Source: Octopus bimaculoides (lineage: Eukaryota). Taken from it: a stretch of DNA of 64,000 nt. The position numbers and the translations under genes were made by a program. The stretch lies in assembly GCF_001194135.2 (NCBI RefSeq), contig NC_068982.1:184229617-184293616 (forward strand). The letters are read 5' to 3'. Under the pieces are notes generated by a model. The model ran no database searches, had not been told where the DNA came from, and saw nothing but the letters and a program-made list of their open reading frames with translations. Of this stretch, positions 23,675-37,280 are shown in pieces (within the stretch, counting starts at the first letter, position 1; every line of letters begins with the position of its first letter).

Positions 23675-23875
23675 TTTTTTTACTTGATTCAGGCTGTAGC
23701 ATCGCCTGGAAGAAAATTTTTTTTTAGTTGTATGAGTTGATCCTAGTACTTTTGTCTTCTAAGAGCCTAGTACTTTTTTTTTGTCGGTGTCTTTTGTCGA
23801 ACGGCGAAGTTCCGGAGACATAACGATACCAGCACCGTTGTGAAGCGATGGTAGGAGACAAACAGACACAAAGAC
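23675..23875 (-). mobile_element. Degenerate SINE family B 3' half
   Basis: gagcctagtac...gcgatggtaggagacaaacagacac matches the family B reverse complement. Confidence 0.7.
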
Positions 23876-23923
23876 AAGTAAACACACACAAACTCATATA
23901 TATATATCTATATGTGTGTGTGT

Positions 23924-23999
<76 letters not shown>

Positions 24000-24204
24000 N
24001 NNNNNNNNNNNNNNNNNNNNNNNNNNNNNNNNNNNNNNNNNNNNNNNNNNNNNNNNNNNNNNNNNNNNNNNNNNNNNNNNNNNNNNNNNNNNNNNNNNNN
24101 NNNNNNNNNNNNNNNNNNNNNNNNNNNNNNNNNNNNNNNNNNNNNNNNNNNNNNNNNNNNNNNNNNNNNNNNNNNNNNNNNNNNNNNNNNNNNNNNNNNN
24201 NNNN

Positions 24205-24503
24205 CGGCCTGACAAAAGCCTTGTGAGTGGATTTGGTAGATGGAAACTGAAAGAAGCTCGTCGTATATATATATATATATATATGCGTATGTGTGTGTGT
24301 ATTTGTGTGTCTATGTTTGTCCTCCCACCATCGCTTGACAACCGATGTTGGTGCGTTTACGTCGCCGTAAATTAGTGGTTGGACACAAGAGTCCGATAGA
24401 ATAAGTACTAGGCTTACAAAGAATAAGTCCTGTAGTCGATTTGTTCCACTAAAGGCGGTGCTCCGGCATGGCCGCAGTCAAATGACTGAAACAAGTAAAA
24501 GAG
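24205..24503 (+). mobile_element. SINE family B (CORE to tail)
   Basis: aagccttgtgagtggatttggtagatggaaactg, microsatellite, cccaccatcgcttgacaacc, then tail ...gaaacaagtaaaagag. Confidence 0.9.
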
Positions 24504-24522
24504 ACCTGTCATATATACATAC

Positions 24523-24554
<32 letters not shown>

Positions 24555-24560
<6 letters not shown>

Positions 24561-24760
24561 GACAGGTTTCTTTCAGTTTCCGTCTACCAAATCCACTCGC
24601 AAGATTCTGGCAGGCCAGAGGCTATTGTAAGAAGATACTTGCCCAAGGTGCCACGCAGTGGGACGGAACCCGGAACCATGTGGTTGGGAAGCAAGCTTCT
24701 TACCACACAGCCCCAGCATGGCCACAGTCTAACGGCTGTAACAAGTAAAAGATAAAAAGT
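24555..24760. mobile_element. SINE family B with inverted 5' half (minus CORE+head, then plus tail)
   Basis: 24561-24712 is the reverse complement of head+CORE; 24713-24760 is the forward tail ccagcatggccacagtc...acaagtaaaag. Confidence 0.85.
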
Positions 24761-25739
24761 AAAGTAAAAGATACACACGCACACACACAGTGGCATGTGC
24801 ATATACACACATATTTGCATACCTACACACATACATAAATGCATACATAGACGTACATATGTTAATGCATATATGCATACAAATGTGCATAATACACAGA
24901 GACTTACATACCCACACATACACGCATTAACTTGTGCGTACATACCACCTGATCTATATACATGCGTGACAACGTTATTATGCATCCACGTCACACACAC
25001 ACACACACACACACGCACGAGCACATACACGCATGCACATATGTGTGTGCGTATGTGTAACTGAATCTACACATATTTAATTATATCTGTAAAAAGATGA
25101 TTTATCCAGTACATTGGTTGATTCCTGTTTTAAAGATATAGTCTTGACGTATTCTATAAAATTATATATTTATATCCGGTGTACGCATCTGAGGCAGTAT
25201 CTAATTAAGATAGCCATCTATGTATCATACTTAATGTATATATACTCCGTTGACAGGCTATGTACTTTTGTTTTCGTCCGAGACAAAAGTTTCATAGACG
25301 TGCAATGTTAAAAACAATATATATCTGAGGGAATCGAAAAATAGTTCCGGCAACGGCTAGCGTGAACTCTAGATTGCATTTTAGCCTTTTTCAAACCTTG
25401 TCAATGGATGTGTTCTCACAGCGGCTGCGAAATGCATCTAACGTTTCTGCTAAGCAGCTACCGGTTCAATTTTTCGTCTCCCTCTGAAATATAATTCTAT
25501 TTTTAACACAGCACGTCTTTAAGAGATTTTATCTTGAACGAAAATCCCAGTGTATTGTATGTGAACAATGTATATACATTAAGTTTGAAAAATAAATGGC
25601 TATCGTGTGCAACGAATTTTTATTCAGCTCAGCAGCTATTGGCAATGTCAGTGAATGTATTGACCACTGTTTCCTATCAATATCGGTGGTGACAGATTTC
25701 ATTTATGCATGTGACGGTATGTACATGTCATTGACAAGG

Positions 25740-25950
25740 CCCAATGATTGGTTGTTCCTTGATGAAAACGCTTTCATTTTACACATTCTTCGCATCATCT
25801 CAGACATACATTTCAGTTGAAGTGGTTTTAGTTTCCAACGACACTTTCTTTTCCCATAGCTACCAATATGTCTTGGATACATTTTATCAGCGTTGTTGGA
25901 GTTGAGCTAACATATCCATGTTTCTCTTATGGTCAGCTCTATGTTGCAAA
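25740..25950 (+). mobile_element. Helitron/PIF1-type helicase C-terminal remnant
   Basis: Frameshifted FQLKWF*FPTTLSF and VVGVELTYPCFSYGQLYVA match the PIF1-family motifs QFPxxLxFA and FSHGQLYVA. Confidence 0.75.
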
Positions 25951-26519
25951 TTTACTTGTTGAGTCGAGCGGATATCTTTTCATCAGATCATTAATCCGCA
26001 ATACAAGAAAGGTTGTTCGTCATTGAGCTCTTGCTAAAAAGAAGAAGAAAAAAAAGAATATAAAATAAAAGAAACATTTGTAATAAAATTACTTCTGTTT
26101 TATGTGTTGCATTTCAATTCAGAATGGCAAGAAAATACAGAAAGTAAAACAAAATGATAGCATTTAGTTAACTCACAAAAATATAATCACCAATAAAAGC
26201 AGAAACTCAAAAAGCTTCCTACATCATAGAATCCTGAAAAATTCAACGATAAGCATGTTGCAATACAATAAAACGTATGCAAGAGAAATTACATAGTAAA
26301 ATCATAGAAAAAGCTGCTATAAGTTAAAACATTTAATATTAATAACAACACAAAATTAATAATAAATGATACATATTTGGCACCTGGACAATGGCGAATA
26401 CCTCAGCTAATATATATATAGATTTATTCAAATATTACAAGTTGCATTTAACCATTTTCGCCATTTTTGGCCTTTTTCACCTTTTTCTTTATTTAAAGCA
26501 ACCGATTTTCCAGAGGTCA

Positions 26520-27070
26520 ATATCTGGTGTGGTGTGTCATCAAGAGTGCTCACAGGACCATTTTTCTTTGAAGCTATTGTTACTGGTCAAGTATACCTAG
26601 ACATAAAACGTACGTCCATTTGACCTGCCGTACATGAACTTAATGGAAATAATGAATTTTTCTTTCAACAAGACGGTGCTCTGTCACACAACTGCCGAGA
26701 CGTGTGACCTTACTTGAACGAGAATTTGCAAGGACATTGGATAGGACGAAGAAATGCAGTTCAGTTCCCAGCACGTTCTCCACATTTAACAACTGCAAAC
26801 TTTATTTACGAGGCATACTAAAGTATCGCAGAAAACCGGCTACACTCACGGCCCCTCAGGGAAAAACTGAGACGGCATGTGCAGCAATCCCACAGGACGC
26901 TTTGGCCAGCATTACCCAAGCAGCAGTTCACCTTACTAACAAGTGTCTGGAAGCCACCAGTTTGAGCACCTCTTGCAACGGTGGATGTTAAAGGTAACTT
27001 CTTTTAATCTTGTGTTGTCTGAATAAATTTAGTATTAAAATATTTCGACACATATTTCTTTCACGTGTAT
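26520..27070 (+). mobile_element. IS630-Tc1-mariner transposase C-terminal remnant
   Basis: WCGVSSRVLTGPFFFEAIVTGQVYLD, FFQQDGA, HWIGRR..FPARSPHLT and terminal FEHLL; contains stops and frameshifts. Confidence 0.85.
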
Positions 27071-28391
27071 ATATTTTTTGGGGCGGACTCTTCCTCCCTC
27101 TCTCTCTCTCCTCCTCTCTTTCTCTCTCTCTCTCTCTCCCCCTCTCTTTCTCTCTCTCTCTCTCTCACACACACACATTCTTATACACATAGGTATGTAT
27201 GCATAAATGATTTCTACAGCTATATATTTACGCACATCACATATATATCTTTCTGTTATGTTTGTGTTGATATATGTATATATATATAAGTATATGCATT
27301 TGTTTATTATATATGCACATTACACACATACACACACACACATTCTTATACACATAGGTATGTATGCATAAATGATTTCTACAGCTATATATTTACGCAC
27401 ATCACATATATATNNNNNNNNNNNNNNNNNNNNNNNNNNNNNNNNNNNNNNNNNNNNNNNNNNNNNNNNNNNNNNNNNNNNNNNNNNNNNNNNNNNNNNN
27501 NNNNNNNNNNNNNNNNNNNNNNNNNNNNNNNNNNNNNNNNNNNNNNNNNNNNNNNNNNNNNNNNNNNNNNNNNNNNNNNNNNNNNNNNNNNNNNNNNNNN
27601 NNNNNNNNNNNNNNNNNNNNNNNNNNNNNNNNNNNNNNNNNNNNNNNNNNNNNNNNNNNNNNNNNNNNNNNNNNNNNNNNNNNNNNNNNNNNNNNNNNNN
27701 NNNNNNNNNNNNNNNNNNNNNNNNNNNNNNNNNNNNNNNNNNNNNNNNNNNNNNNNNNNNNNNNNNNNNNNNNNNNNNNNNNNNNNNNNNNNNNNNNNNN
27801 NNNNNNNNNNNNNNNNNNNNNNNNNNNNNNNNNNNNNNNNNNNNNNNNNNNNNNNNNNNNNNNNNNNNNNNNNNNNNNNNNNNNNNNNNNNNNNNNNNNN
27901 NNNNNNNNNNNNNNNNNNNNNNNNNNNNNNNNNNNNNNNNNNNNNNNNNNNNNNNNNNNNNNNNNNNNNNNNNNNNNNNNNNNNNNNNNNNNNNNNNNNN
28001 NNNNNNNNNNNNNNNNNNNNNNNNNNNNNNNNNNNNNNNNNNNNNNNNNNNNNNNNNNNNNNNNNNNNNNNNNNNNNNNNNNNNNNNNNNNNNNNNNNNN
28101 NNNNNNNNNNNNNNNNNNNNNNNNNNNNNNNNNNNNNNNNNNNNNNNNNNNNNNNNNNNNNNNNNNNNNNNNNNNNNNNNNNNNNNNNNNNNNNNNNNNN
28201 NNNNNNNNNNNNNNNNNNNNNNNNNNNNNNNNNNNNNNNNNNNNNNNNNNNNNNNNNNNNNNNNNNNNNNNNNNNNNNNNNNNNNNNNNNNNNNNNNNNN
28301 NNNNNNNNNNNNNNNNNNNNNNNNNNNNNNNNNNNNNNNNNNNNNNNNNNNNNNNNNNNNNNNNNNNNNNNNNNNNNNNNNNNNNNNNNNN

Positions 28392-28423
<32 letters not shown>

Positions 28424-28576
28424 GTATATACATATGTATATATATATAAGTATATGCATTTGTTTATTATATATGCACATTACACACATACACACACACA
28501 CATGTATATGTATGTATACATACGCACACACATATATATGTATATATGTATGTATGCATATCTGTCTAACTATCTA

Positions 28577-28614
<38 letters not shown>

Positions 28615-28624
28615 NNNNNNNNNN

Positions 28625-28666
<42 letters not shown>

Positions 28667-28794
28667 ATGCATATGCATATTGATATGTATATATATATAT
28701 ATATATATATGTCACACATACACACACATATATACATACACAAGCACACGCATACACATTGACAGACGTGTGCATGTATCTATATGTATGTTTA

Positions 28795-28825
<31 letters not shown>

Positions 28826-29022
28826 GTGTGTGTGTGTGTGTGTCTGTCTGTGTGTGTGCGCGCGCCTGCGTGCATATACAGGCTAATCTCACACTCAGGC
28901 AGAACGGTGAGGACACGCCCACCCATCTTTCAGAGGGGACAAAAATCACTTGTCAACACGCAACATATATACGGTTGACTGACCTGAACAGTACTACCCA
29001 GAAAACTCTAACAACAACACGG

Positions 29023-29078
<56 letters not shown>

Positions 29079-29559
29079 CAGTGATAAGAATTATGACAAT
29101 GCTTTCGACACAGAATAGTAGTAGTAGTAGTAGTAGTAGCAGGAGGAGGAAGAGGAGGAGGAGGAGGAGGAGGAGGAGGTATATTTCACCTCAATATTAG
29201 AATTTTTCAATCACGTGAGAAATAGCAATGTTAGCTTCGGCGTGAATTGAACTCAGAACATAAATGTATATAACTAAATGGTAAACCGCATGTTATCATA
29301 CCAGCGTTCAGAATAGTTATTTCTGTATTTGCCACGAGGGAATCTGATGAGATGGCATTACATGGACAATGATGATGGTTTGCGTGGAATAGATTATGAA
29401 AAGATGAAAAATAAGAGCGTAAAACTAAATGTAAAACGCCCTGCGCTGGTCCCAGTCAAGGAACCTCAATGGTCCCAGAGAATCCTAATTACCAAGAACA
29501 AAATATCTTTCTAGTTGTGTTCCCTAGTTTTTTGGTGTATGCCGAGTGTAGGCCTATCC

Positions 29560-29715
29560 CCCGAGTCATCTTGGCACTATTATAGGCCCTAGGGTAAACC
29601 AATGCACTGGGCCCATAGTATTTATTTTATGTATACCAACATCATTATTGGTCTCCTAGACCTTTGTGGTCCCTGGGCAACATCCAAGTGTGCCCATATC
29701 GTAAGACGGCATTGC
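29560..29715. mobile_element. Possible hAT-like MITE
   Basis: Ends in gtgtgcccatatcgtaagacggcattg and starts with the weakly complementary gagtcatcttggcac. Confidence 0.3.
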
Positions 29716-31531
29716 TGTTTCCCTGAGCCTGGCTCGCTTCACATTTTAGTAAATTCACTGGAGGCTGAGCCGGTGCTTCACACTTAGCAAAGTAAGCGAA
29801 CCCCTAAAGCGCTGAAATTTTGGTGCACCCATATAAGTGCTGGACAACATAGACATAATTTCTAAGACATGATCCAATAAAAAACATGAAAAATTAGTTT
29901 AAAAAAAGGTGAGGTCATTCTTAGAATGGAGGAGCAGAGACAAGGATTATGAAGGATAGTCAAAAGGACCATGTGTTGTTATGACCTGTCACGTGATTTG
30001 GCTTGAAACATTTTAAATTTCTCCAGATAGTACATTTACTCTGTGATACACATTGATCATACAATTATAGAGTTCTTCTTTGCAAGTTAATTATAATTTT
30101 GGGGTTATGATTTGCGGGAGCTTTAGAAAAAAGTTAGAGAGGACTGTACTGTTTAGTCCTGGGAGAAGGTACACATTGCAGGGGCTAGCCTAGACTGCTG
30201 AATACCATCGTACAAGCTTTAATTGGAGGGTAGCATCTTCTTCACCCTCAACAGCTGTATCGCCACATGTCAGTAAATGCTCGGGCACTGTAAGAGATCG
30301 TGTATCCACGAGAGTGGGGAAGTCTTGTTGTCGTGGGTGTATGTACTTTGAAAGTGTCTCTGAGGTGTAAGTAAAGCAAAATGAAAATATAAGACTTTAA
30401 TTTACTGAAAGTTACATTATCATCAACTGATAGATTGCAGCGATAGTAATTTTCAGGAATATTTATAACAGTACTGTCAGTAATTACGGAAACTCGTGGA
30501 AATTCAAGGACTGGGTGATGAACAAGCATAGAAAATGATAGCAAAGGGACTCATTATCTTGCTTGAACAAGCCAAGCTTGCAGCCTCTTCCAAAATAATG
30601 TGTCTGTCTGCACACTTTTACAACAGGCATCTTCTCTGGCAAGCCTTTTGGTCAGTTTCACAGATATATCAAGCAGCTGTTCTGAGGTATTGTAATAATG
30701 AAGAGCCATGTTTATTGAGCAAATCGCTGACATATATCAATAGGTTATTTAAATTTCTCATTTAAAAGTAATTTCTTCAAAATGCTGGTATACGGTTTCC
30801 AATATTACGTAAGACATAAAATTATATATTTTCCACGTTTTTACATTTAAATTCATATGTAATTAATTATATAAAATTAGATTTCTTCAAAGTATTCTAC
30901 CAGTATTTTAACAATACCTGGAAACAAATTTCACAAAAAATATACACACAGTATACACTCAAACATTCATTATCAAAGTTTCTCATTAAAAATATTATCG
31001 TCAAAAAGTTGGTACGCAGTTTCAAGTACCAGGGAAGATGAAAAGTAATTCTTTGACTGTTTCACGTCTAAATTTGTTTATACTAATAAAATATTCTGTT
31101 ATTATATCCTATGAATCGGACTGTTAATTTTTATTAAATTGAAATATATTCAAACATTATAAAAATTAACCGTCCGATTTATAGAACATAAAATCTGAAT
31201 ATTTTAGAAATATGCAAATTTAAAGGTGAAACAATATATTTGAAAACGAGTGTTAATTTTTTGATGATTTCACCATTTTGATGTGCAATTTCAATAACGG
31301 CAGCTTTACAAGTATATACTGTGGGGGCGGGGAGTGCATATACGTATATACATACATATTTATAAATATAAATATAAATATATATATATGTATGTATGAA
31401 NNNNNNNNNNNNNNNNNNNNNNNNNNNNNNNNNNNNNNNNNNNNNNNNNNATATATATATATATATATAAATACATATGTATGTACATATCATGAGAGTT
31501 GAGGGAGATTGTGTGTTTGTGTGTGTGTGTT

Positions 31532-31568
<37 letters not shown>

Positions 31569-32332
31569 AAGAAAGAGGGAGAGAGACAAATTTAGAAAAG
31601 AATAAAGGGAAAGTAGGACAGAATCTGACGTGATACACTGATAACGTTTCTCTACCTCACACTAACACTCCTATTCAGCAACTACCTCATTACAACTTTC
31701 AGCTCTTCTACATCTTTTTCTTGACTCATCTCTATTTCACACCAACCATTCCACGAAACTGGGTCCTTTTTATATACATAACTTTTATTTGCATTTACAT
31801 ATGAATATATATATAGATACATACATAAAACACAACACACACACATAACCTCATACAAACATGCACACTCACTTACGCACACGCGCACGCACACGCACAC
31901 GCGCACGCACACGCACACGCACACACACACACAAAATGATAATCGATCCTACTGTCGAGTCAAATATTCTATGGACACTGACTTAAAAGTTTTGCCAGCA
32001 GTTGGCTTTGTCACACAGCAAAATGTAGTCAGGTTTTATAGGATGTTTCTGACGCTGCGCGGATATGGTAGATGATCGGCGGAGACCGTCCTAGTAATTG
32101 AAATGTAAGAGTTAGGGCTGGTAATTGCATAATTAGTAACTATGTTGTACATATTTAAATAAAGAGGAATATGTACGCACACATGTACATACATCTATAC
32201 ATAGAAATACATATACTTACCCAAATGTATATATATCTGTACATATATAAGCAAGCACACATCCACACACATCCACACACATAAATACATACATTCAGAA
32301 TGTCTATAATATAATCATTTCTACCAGAGACA

Positions 32333-32520
32333 CAAAGCCTAAAATTTTGTGGGTAGGGGCTAATTCAATCACGTCGATCTCAGTACTCAACTGATATTTA
32401 TTTCATCGACACCGAAAGATGGAAGGCAAAGTCAACCTTGACGGAATTTGAATTCAGTGCGTAAAGAGAGACGAAATGCTGCTAAGCGTTTTGTTCGGCG
32501 TGTTAACGTTTCTGCCAGTC
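32333..32520 (-). mobile_element. SINE family A
   Basis: Reverse complement of head, central block and tail (gatggaaggcaaagtcaaccttgacggaatttgaattc). Confidence 0.85.
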
Positions 32521-32704
32521 TTACTATATTATGATATGATATAATGTAATATAATATAACATAATATAATATAAAGTAATGTAATATATAATATAATATA
32601 ATATAATATAATATAATATAATATGTATACATACGTACATACACAAGCGTACTGATAATTACTTATATCTCTCAAAGATGTACATATATACATAAGCGCG
32701 CGCG

Positions 32705-32787
<83 letters not shown>

Positions 32788-32929
32788 TAATTATAGTACA
32801 AGAGTGGTATGTATATGTAGTAGTGTGTCTATACACATTAAAAAACGGAAAACAAACCGCAAGTAGGTGTGCACAGATACACTCGTAAATTGAAAATTGT
32901 TGGGTATAAGCAATGTTTATCACTTTGTG

Positions 32930-33900
32930 AAATTTATTGGTTCATAATAATGATTCAACATTCTGTGTTTTTTATGTTTGTATGGAGGTATTTGTTCATA
33001 CTATTTATTTTAAAGTTTTTGCTTTGAAAACAGCATTTCGAAGGACTCATTAATACATAGCTGACATGGTTTATTGCTGTATTGGTATAGTTTAGCTTTT
33101 GAAAGGATTTTCCAAGAAATGTTGTATGAAATACTAAAGGATTTTAAAGATCATATCTACTGTGGTTAATATATTGTAGATGTTTTTATTTGATTTCTTG
33201 AAAGAGATTTAATGCGGAATAAATCGATTTTTAAAGAAGTTCGCAGTTAGCGTTGAGTGGGAGAAAGATGGAAGATGATGTTGGGGAAAAGAAGAAGTGG
33301 TTTGAGTTAGAGGGTTTGCTTTAACTCTTGCGCTACGTATTTATTCTTTTGCTAAATATTTTTCTTTGTATAGGGCATTTGTTTCTGTTTGTACAATTGC
33401 AATTTGGAGCATTCATATTGATGTATTAGGAATATATAATCTTTTTAAATGCAGCGAAAAGATGAGAGATGTTTGGAGCAGTTGAGTATAAGATTTCTGT
33501 ATTTTTGTTAATCAGTTTATGATATCTATACTCAGAAGTAAATTGTTAGTTTATTAGCTTGGAAATACTTTTAGCACTATGGGTTGACAGGTGGGTTATA
33601 CCATTCTATATTTTTGCTTTTGTTTCTGCGTTTGGTAGGTGTATTTTCTGTATTGGAGTAGTAATTCAGCTTTTCTGTAAAACTGCTTTCTTTACGAGTC
33701 ATTTTACTGATGGTAAAATAAAAATATCCAGAATTTCCAAATAATTCTCATTTGAGAACAATTTGGGAATTTTAATTGATATTCTACGGACTAGATTGTC
33801 GATGCTTTGAGGGTAGCTTTGTGCATATTTTAGTACTCAATTGTCTTTTGTAATAGTAGGTTGAATTTTAATAAATTGATAGATTTCGGAGTATCTCGAC
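32930..33900 (-). mobile_element. Penelope-like element: RT thumb, Cys-rich linker and GIY-YIG endonuclease remnant
   Basis: KLNY...KRRNKSKNIEWYNPP (33590-33603), CNCTNRNKCP (from 33401), FKNRFIPH*ISF, and ISWKILSKAK...KPCQLCINE (CxLC at 33055-33066). Confidence 0.85.
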
Positions 33901-34831
33901 CAGAATCACAAAACCTAGTTTCCGAAAAACATTTATAGAAATCCTTTCTCGATTAATTGGTTATCGTCCTATGAATTTCCGGAGATTGATGAGGCTGTCG
34001 TCCTTGTATAAACCATTAGATATGAACGGGACTTTGTCATGTAGGAGATTTAATACATATAAACCGACAAGTTCGTTTATATCGGCTGAAGTTTTGATAT
34101 TATAGTGCTATCTTATCTTCTTTTCTTGTTTTTTTTTAAATTTTATAGAGCAGTGTTTTAATAAAGTAGAATGCGGATTTTCGTGCTTTGAAGAACGTTT
34201 CAATAATCGTTGGCTTTATGGGGTGATGGTATTTGCAAAATTAATGGCATCTTTACATATGGATTTCGTAATTGACGGTTAAAAAGTCACAGATAACGAA
34301 TTGGAAACAACAATAATATTTTGTGTTATTTTGAATGGAGTGAAACCAATTGATGATAGTTGTTGAACGGTTCTAAGGTGGTTGAGAGGCCATTTAATAT
34401 GGGGATTAAAAAAAATCAATAATTGATTTGCAATTTCGCTATCAGCTCTTAATAGGTTAATGAGTGTGTTTAATGTGTGTATGTGTGTCAATGAATACAA
34501 ATGAATTCTATACTTACACTTACATATATGCATATATATATATGTGTACGAGTGTACATAGACACACACACACACACACACCTACACACACACACACCTA
34601 TACATATACACAGAAGTTTGGCGGTATGAACGAGAAAAAGAACTCAATATGTAAAGTAGAGCTTGTGTATAAATTTATTAGCTGTAAAGAACGCTACATA
34701 AGTCAGAGGTGCAAGGCACATTTGTTTGTACGAAACTCCTTCCCTCTGAATCACTTATGTAGTTTTACAGACCTCTCTCGCTCTACCCATCTCTGACTGA
34801 ATGTGTGTGTGTACATTATTTTATTAGTTAC

Positions 34832-35008
34832 CTTTGACTTGTTTCAGTCATCAGACGGCGGCCATGCTGGAGTATCGCCTTGAGGAATATTAGTCGAACG
34901 AATTATTTTTTAAGCCTGGTACATATTCAATCGTACTCTTTTGCTGTTTTACTGAACCGCTATTTATGGGGGCGTAAACACACCAACACGGGTTAGCAAA
35001 CGGTGGCC
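34832..35008 (-). mobile_element. SINE family B 3' half
   Basis: ttgtttcagtcatcagacggcggccatgctggag...gtaaacacaccaacac. Confidence 0.8.
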
Positions 35009-35053
35009 ATACACACACACACACACACACACATGCATATAATATACATTCCT

Positions 35054-35088
<35 letters not shown>

Positions 35089-35091
35089 GGA

Positions 35092-35146
35092 GGGAGAATG
35101 TACGAAAAAACAACAACAGACGAGGGCAGGTGGTGTAAACAACAAA
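35092..35146 (+). repeat. Short dispersed repeat family C
   Basis: gggagaat...aacaacagacgagg(g/a)caggtggtgta recurs at 43948-43992; both copies are embedded in TA-rich microsatellite. Confidence 0.65.
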
Positions 35147-35595
35147 AGGATATATATATATATGTATNNNNNNNNNNNNNNNNNNNNNNNNNNNNNNNNN
35201 NNNNNNNNNNNNNNNNNNNNNNNNNNNNNNNNNNNNNNNNNNNNNNNNNNNNNNNNNNNNNNNNNNNNNNNNNNNNNNNNNNNNNNNNNNNNNNNNNNNN
35301 NNNNNNNNNNNNNNNNNNNNNNNNNNNNNNNNNNNNNNNNNNNNNNNNNNNNNNNNNNNNNNNNNNNNNNNNNNNNNNNNNNNNNNNNNNNNNNNNNNNN
35401 NNNNNNNNNNNNNNNNNNNNNNNNNNNNNNNNNNNNNNNNNNNNNNNNNNNNNNNNNNNNNNNNNNNNNNNNNNNNNNNNNNNNNNNNNNNNNNNNNNNN
35501 NNNNNNNNNNNNNNNNNNNNNNNNNNNNNNNNNNNNNNNNNNNNNNNNNNNNNNNNNNNNNNNNNNNNNNNNNNNNNNNNNNNNNNNNNNNNNNN

Positions 35596-35627
<32 letters not shown>

Positions 35628-37224
35628 AATAGTTAAACAAGAGAGGTGGCAGTTAGGCGACATTGTCATCATAACAAGATAATGACTGATGGATGTTAGA
35701 CAGGACGGTGTCCGCAATGGCGGCAACGGTGGCGCATGCGCAGCTCAAGTAAAAGAGATGGTGGATCGGAGTCGGTGTGGTGGCGTTGATGGTGGTCGAA
35801 GGCGATATACTGGTGATATTGGTGTTGGCAGAAGCAAGGGTTTAGTATCGAGGAAGGGGCTGTTGTTGTTGTTGTTGTTGTTAGTGGTGGTTCTGGTGAT
35901 AGTGGTGGTACTGATGGGAGTAGTGGAGCTGGTGGTAGTTATGGTGCTGGCAGTAGTAGCGGTGGTGTTGATGGTGGGGGTACTGGTGGTAGTGGTGGGA
36001 ATGATAGTACTGGTGGTAGTGGTGGGAGTGATAGTACTGGTGGGAGTAGTGGTACGCGTGCTAATAGTAGTGGTGGTGGTGGTGGTGGTGGTGATTTAGA
36101 GGATTGTTGTTGTTGCTGTTGTCATTTGGTTGCGGNNNNNNNNNNNNNNNNNNNNNNNNNNNNNNNNNNNNNNNNNNNNNNNNNNNNNNNNNNNNNNNNN
36201 NNNNNNNNNNNNNNNNNNNNNNNNNNNNNNNNNNNNNNNNNNNNNNNNNNNNNNNNNNNNNNNNNNNNNNNNNNNNNNNNNNNNNNNNNNNNNNNNNNNN
36301 NNNNNNNNNNNNNNNNNNNNNNNNNNNNNNNNNNNNNNNNNNNNNNNNNNNNNNNNNNNNNNNNNNNNNNNNNNNNNNNNNNNNNNNNNNNNNNNNNNNN
36401 NNNNNNNNNNNNNNNNNNNNNNNNNNNNNNNNNNNNNNNNNNNNNNNNNNNNNNNNNNNNNNNNNNNNNNNNNNNNNNNNNNNNNNNNNNNNNNNNNNNN
36501 NNNNNNNNNNNNNNNNNNNNNNNNNNNNNNNNNNNNNNNNNNNNNNNNNNNNNNNNNNNNNNNNNNNNNNNNNNNNNNNNNNNNNNNNNNNNNNNNNNNN
36601 NNNNNNNNNNNNNNNNNNNNNNNNNNNNNNNNNNNNNNNNNNNNNNNNNNNNNNNNNNNNNNNNNNNNNNNNNNNNNNNNNNNNNNNNNNNNNNNNNNNN
36701 NNNNNNNNNNNNNNNNNNNNNNNNNNNNNNNNNNNNNNNNNNNNNNNNNNNNNNNNNNNNNNNNNNNNNNNNNTATATATATATAAATATATATATATAT
36801 GTATAGTGAGAGAAAGGAAGAAAGAGAGAGAGAGAGAGAGCGGGGAAAGGAGGATGAGGAGGGAGTGAAGGAGGAGTATATTTATGGGAAGATAGATAAG
36901 AATGGTTAGAATGACGTGGTGTACGGGTGGGTGATGTAGTATGTAATTAATTAGTGTCTACTTTGTTATGCCAACATCACTTACATCTTCTTTGATGACT
37001 GGCCCACTAACACATCACACACACACACACACACACACACATCACACACCACAAGCGCACACATACATATTTATTCATATACATTTGTGTAAGTGTGTAT
37101 GTAAATGCATGTGTATGTGTACTGTCTATATTTGTGCGAAAGTGTGTATGTAAATAGTCATCGTCTTTTATACATACCAAGAGAAAACAGCGGTCGAGCT
37201 TATAAAGTAGCGAATAGAATCAGG

Positions 37225-37280
<56 letters not shown>

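Noticed and set aside
27170-28500. Duplicated ~75-bp and ~60-bp blocks on both sides of the 27414-28390 gap
   Set aside because: Duplication flanking a scaffold gap in low-complexity DNA is most simply a collapsed tandem repeat or an overlap artefact; it cannot be interpreted without reads.
30230-30765. Opposite-strand ORFs of 98 and 76 aa
   Set aside because: No recognisable domain, splice signals or TE motif; consistent with chance or heavily decayed sequence.
33140-33175. In-frame TGA codons in the PLE endonuclease remnant as possible selenocysteine
   Set aside because: The clearest TGA (I*SLK) falls at a conserved Trp column (TGG>TGA) and sits among TAA/TAG stops, so it reflects decay, not recoding.
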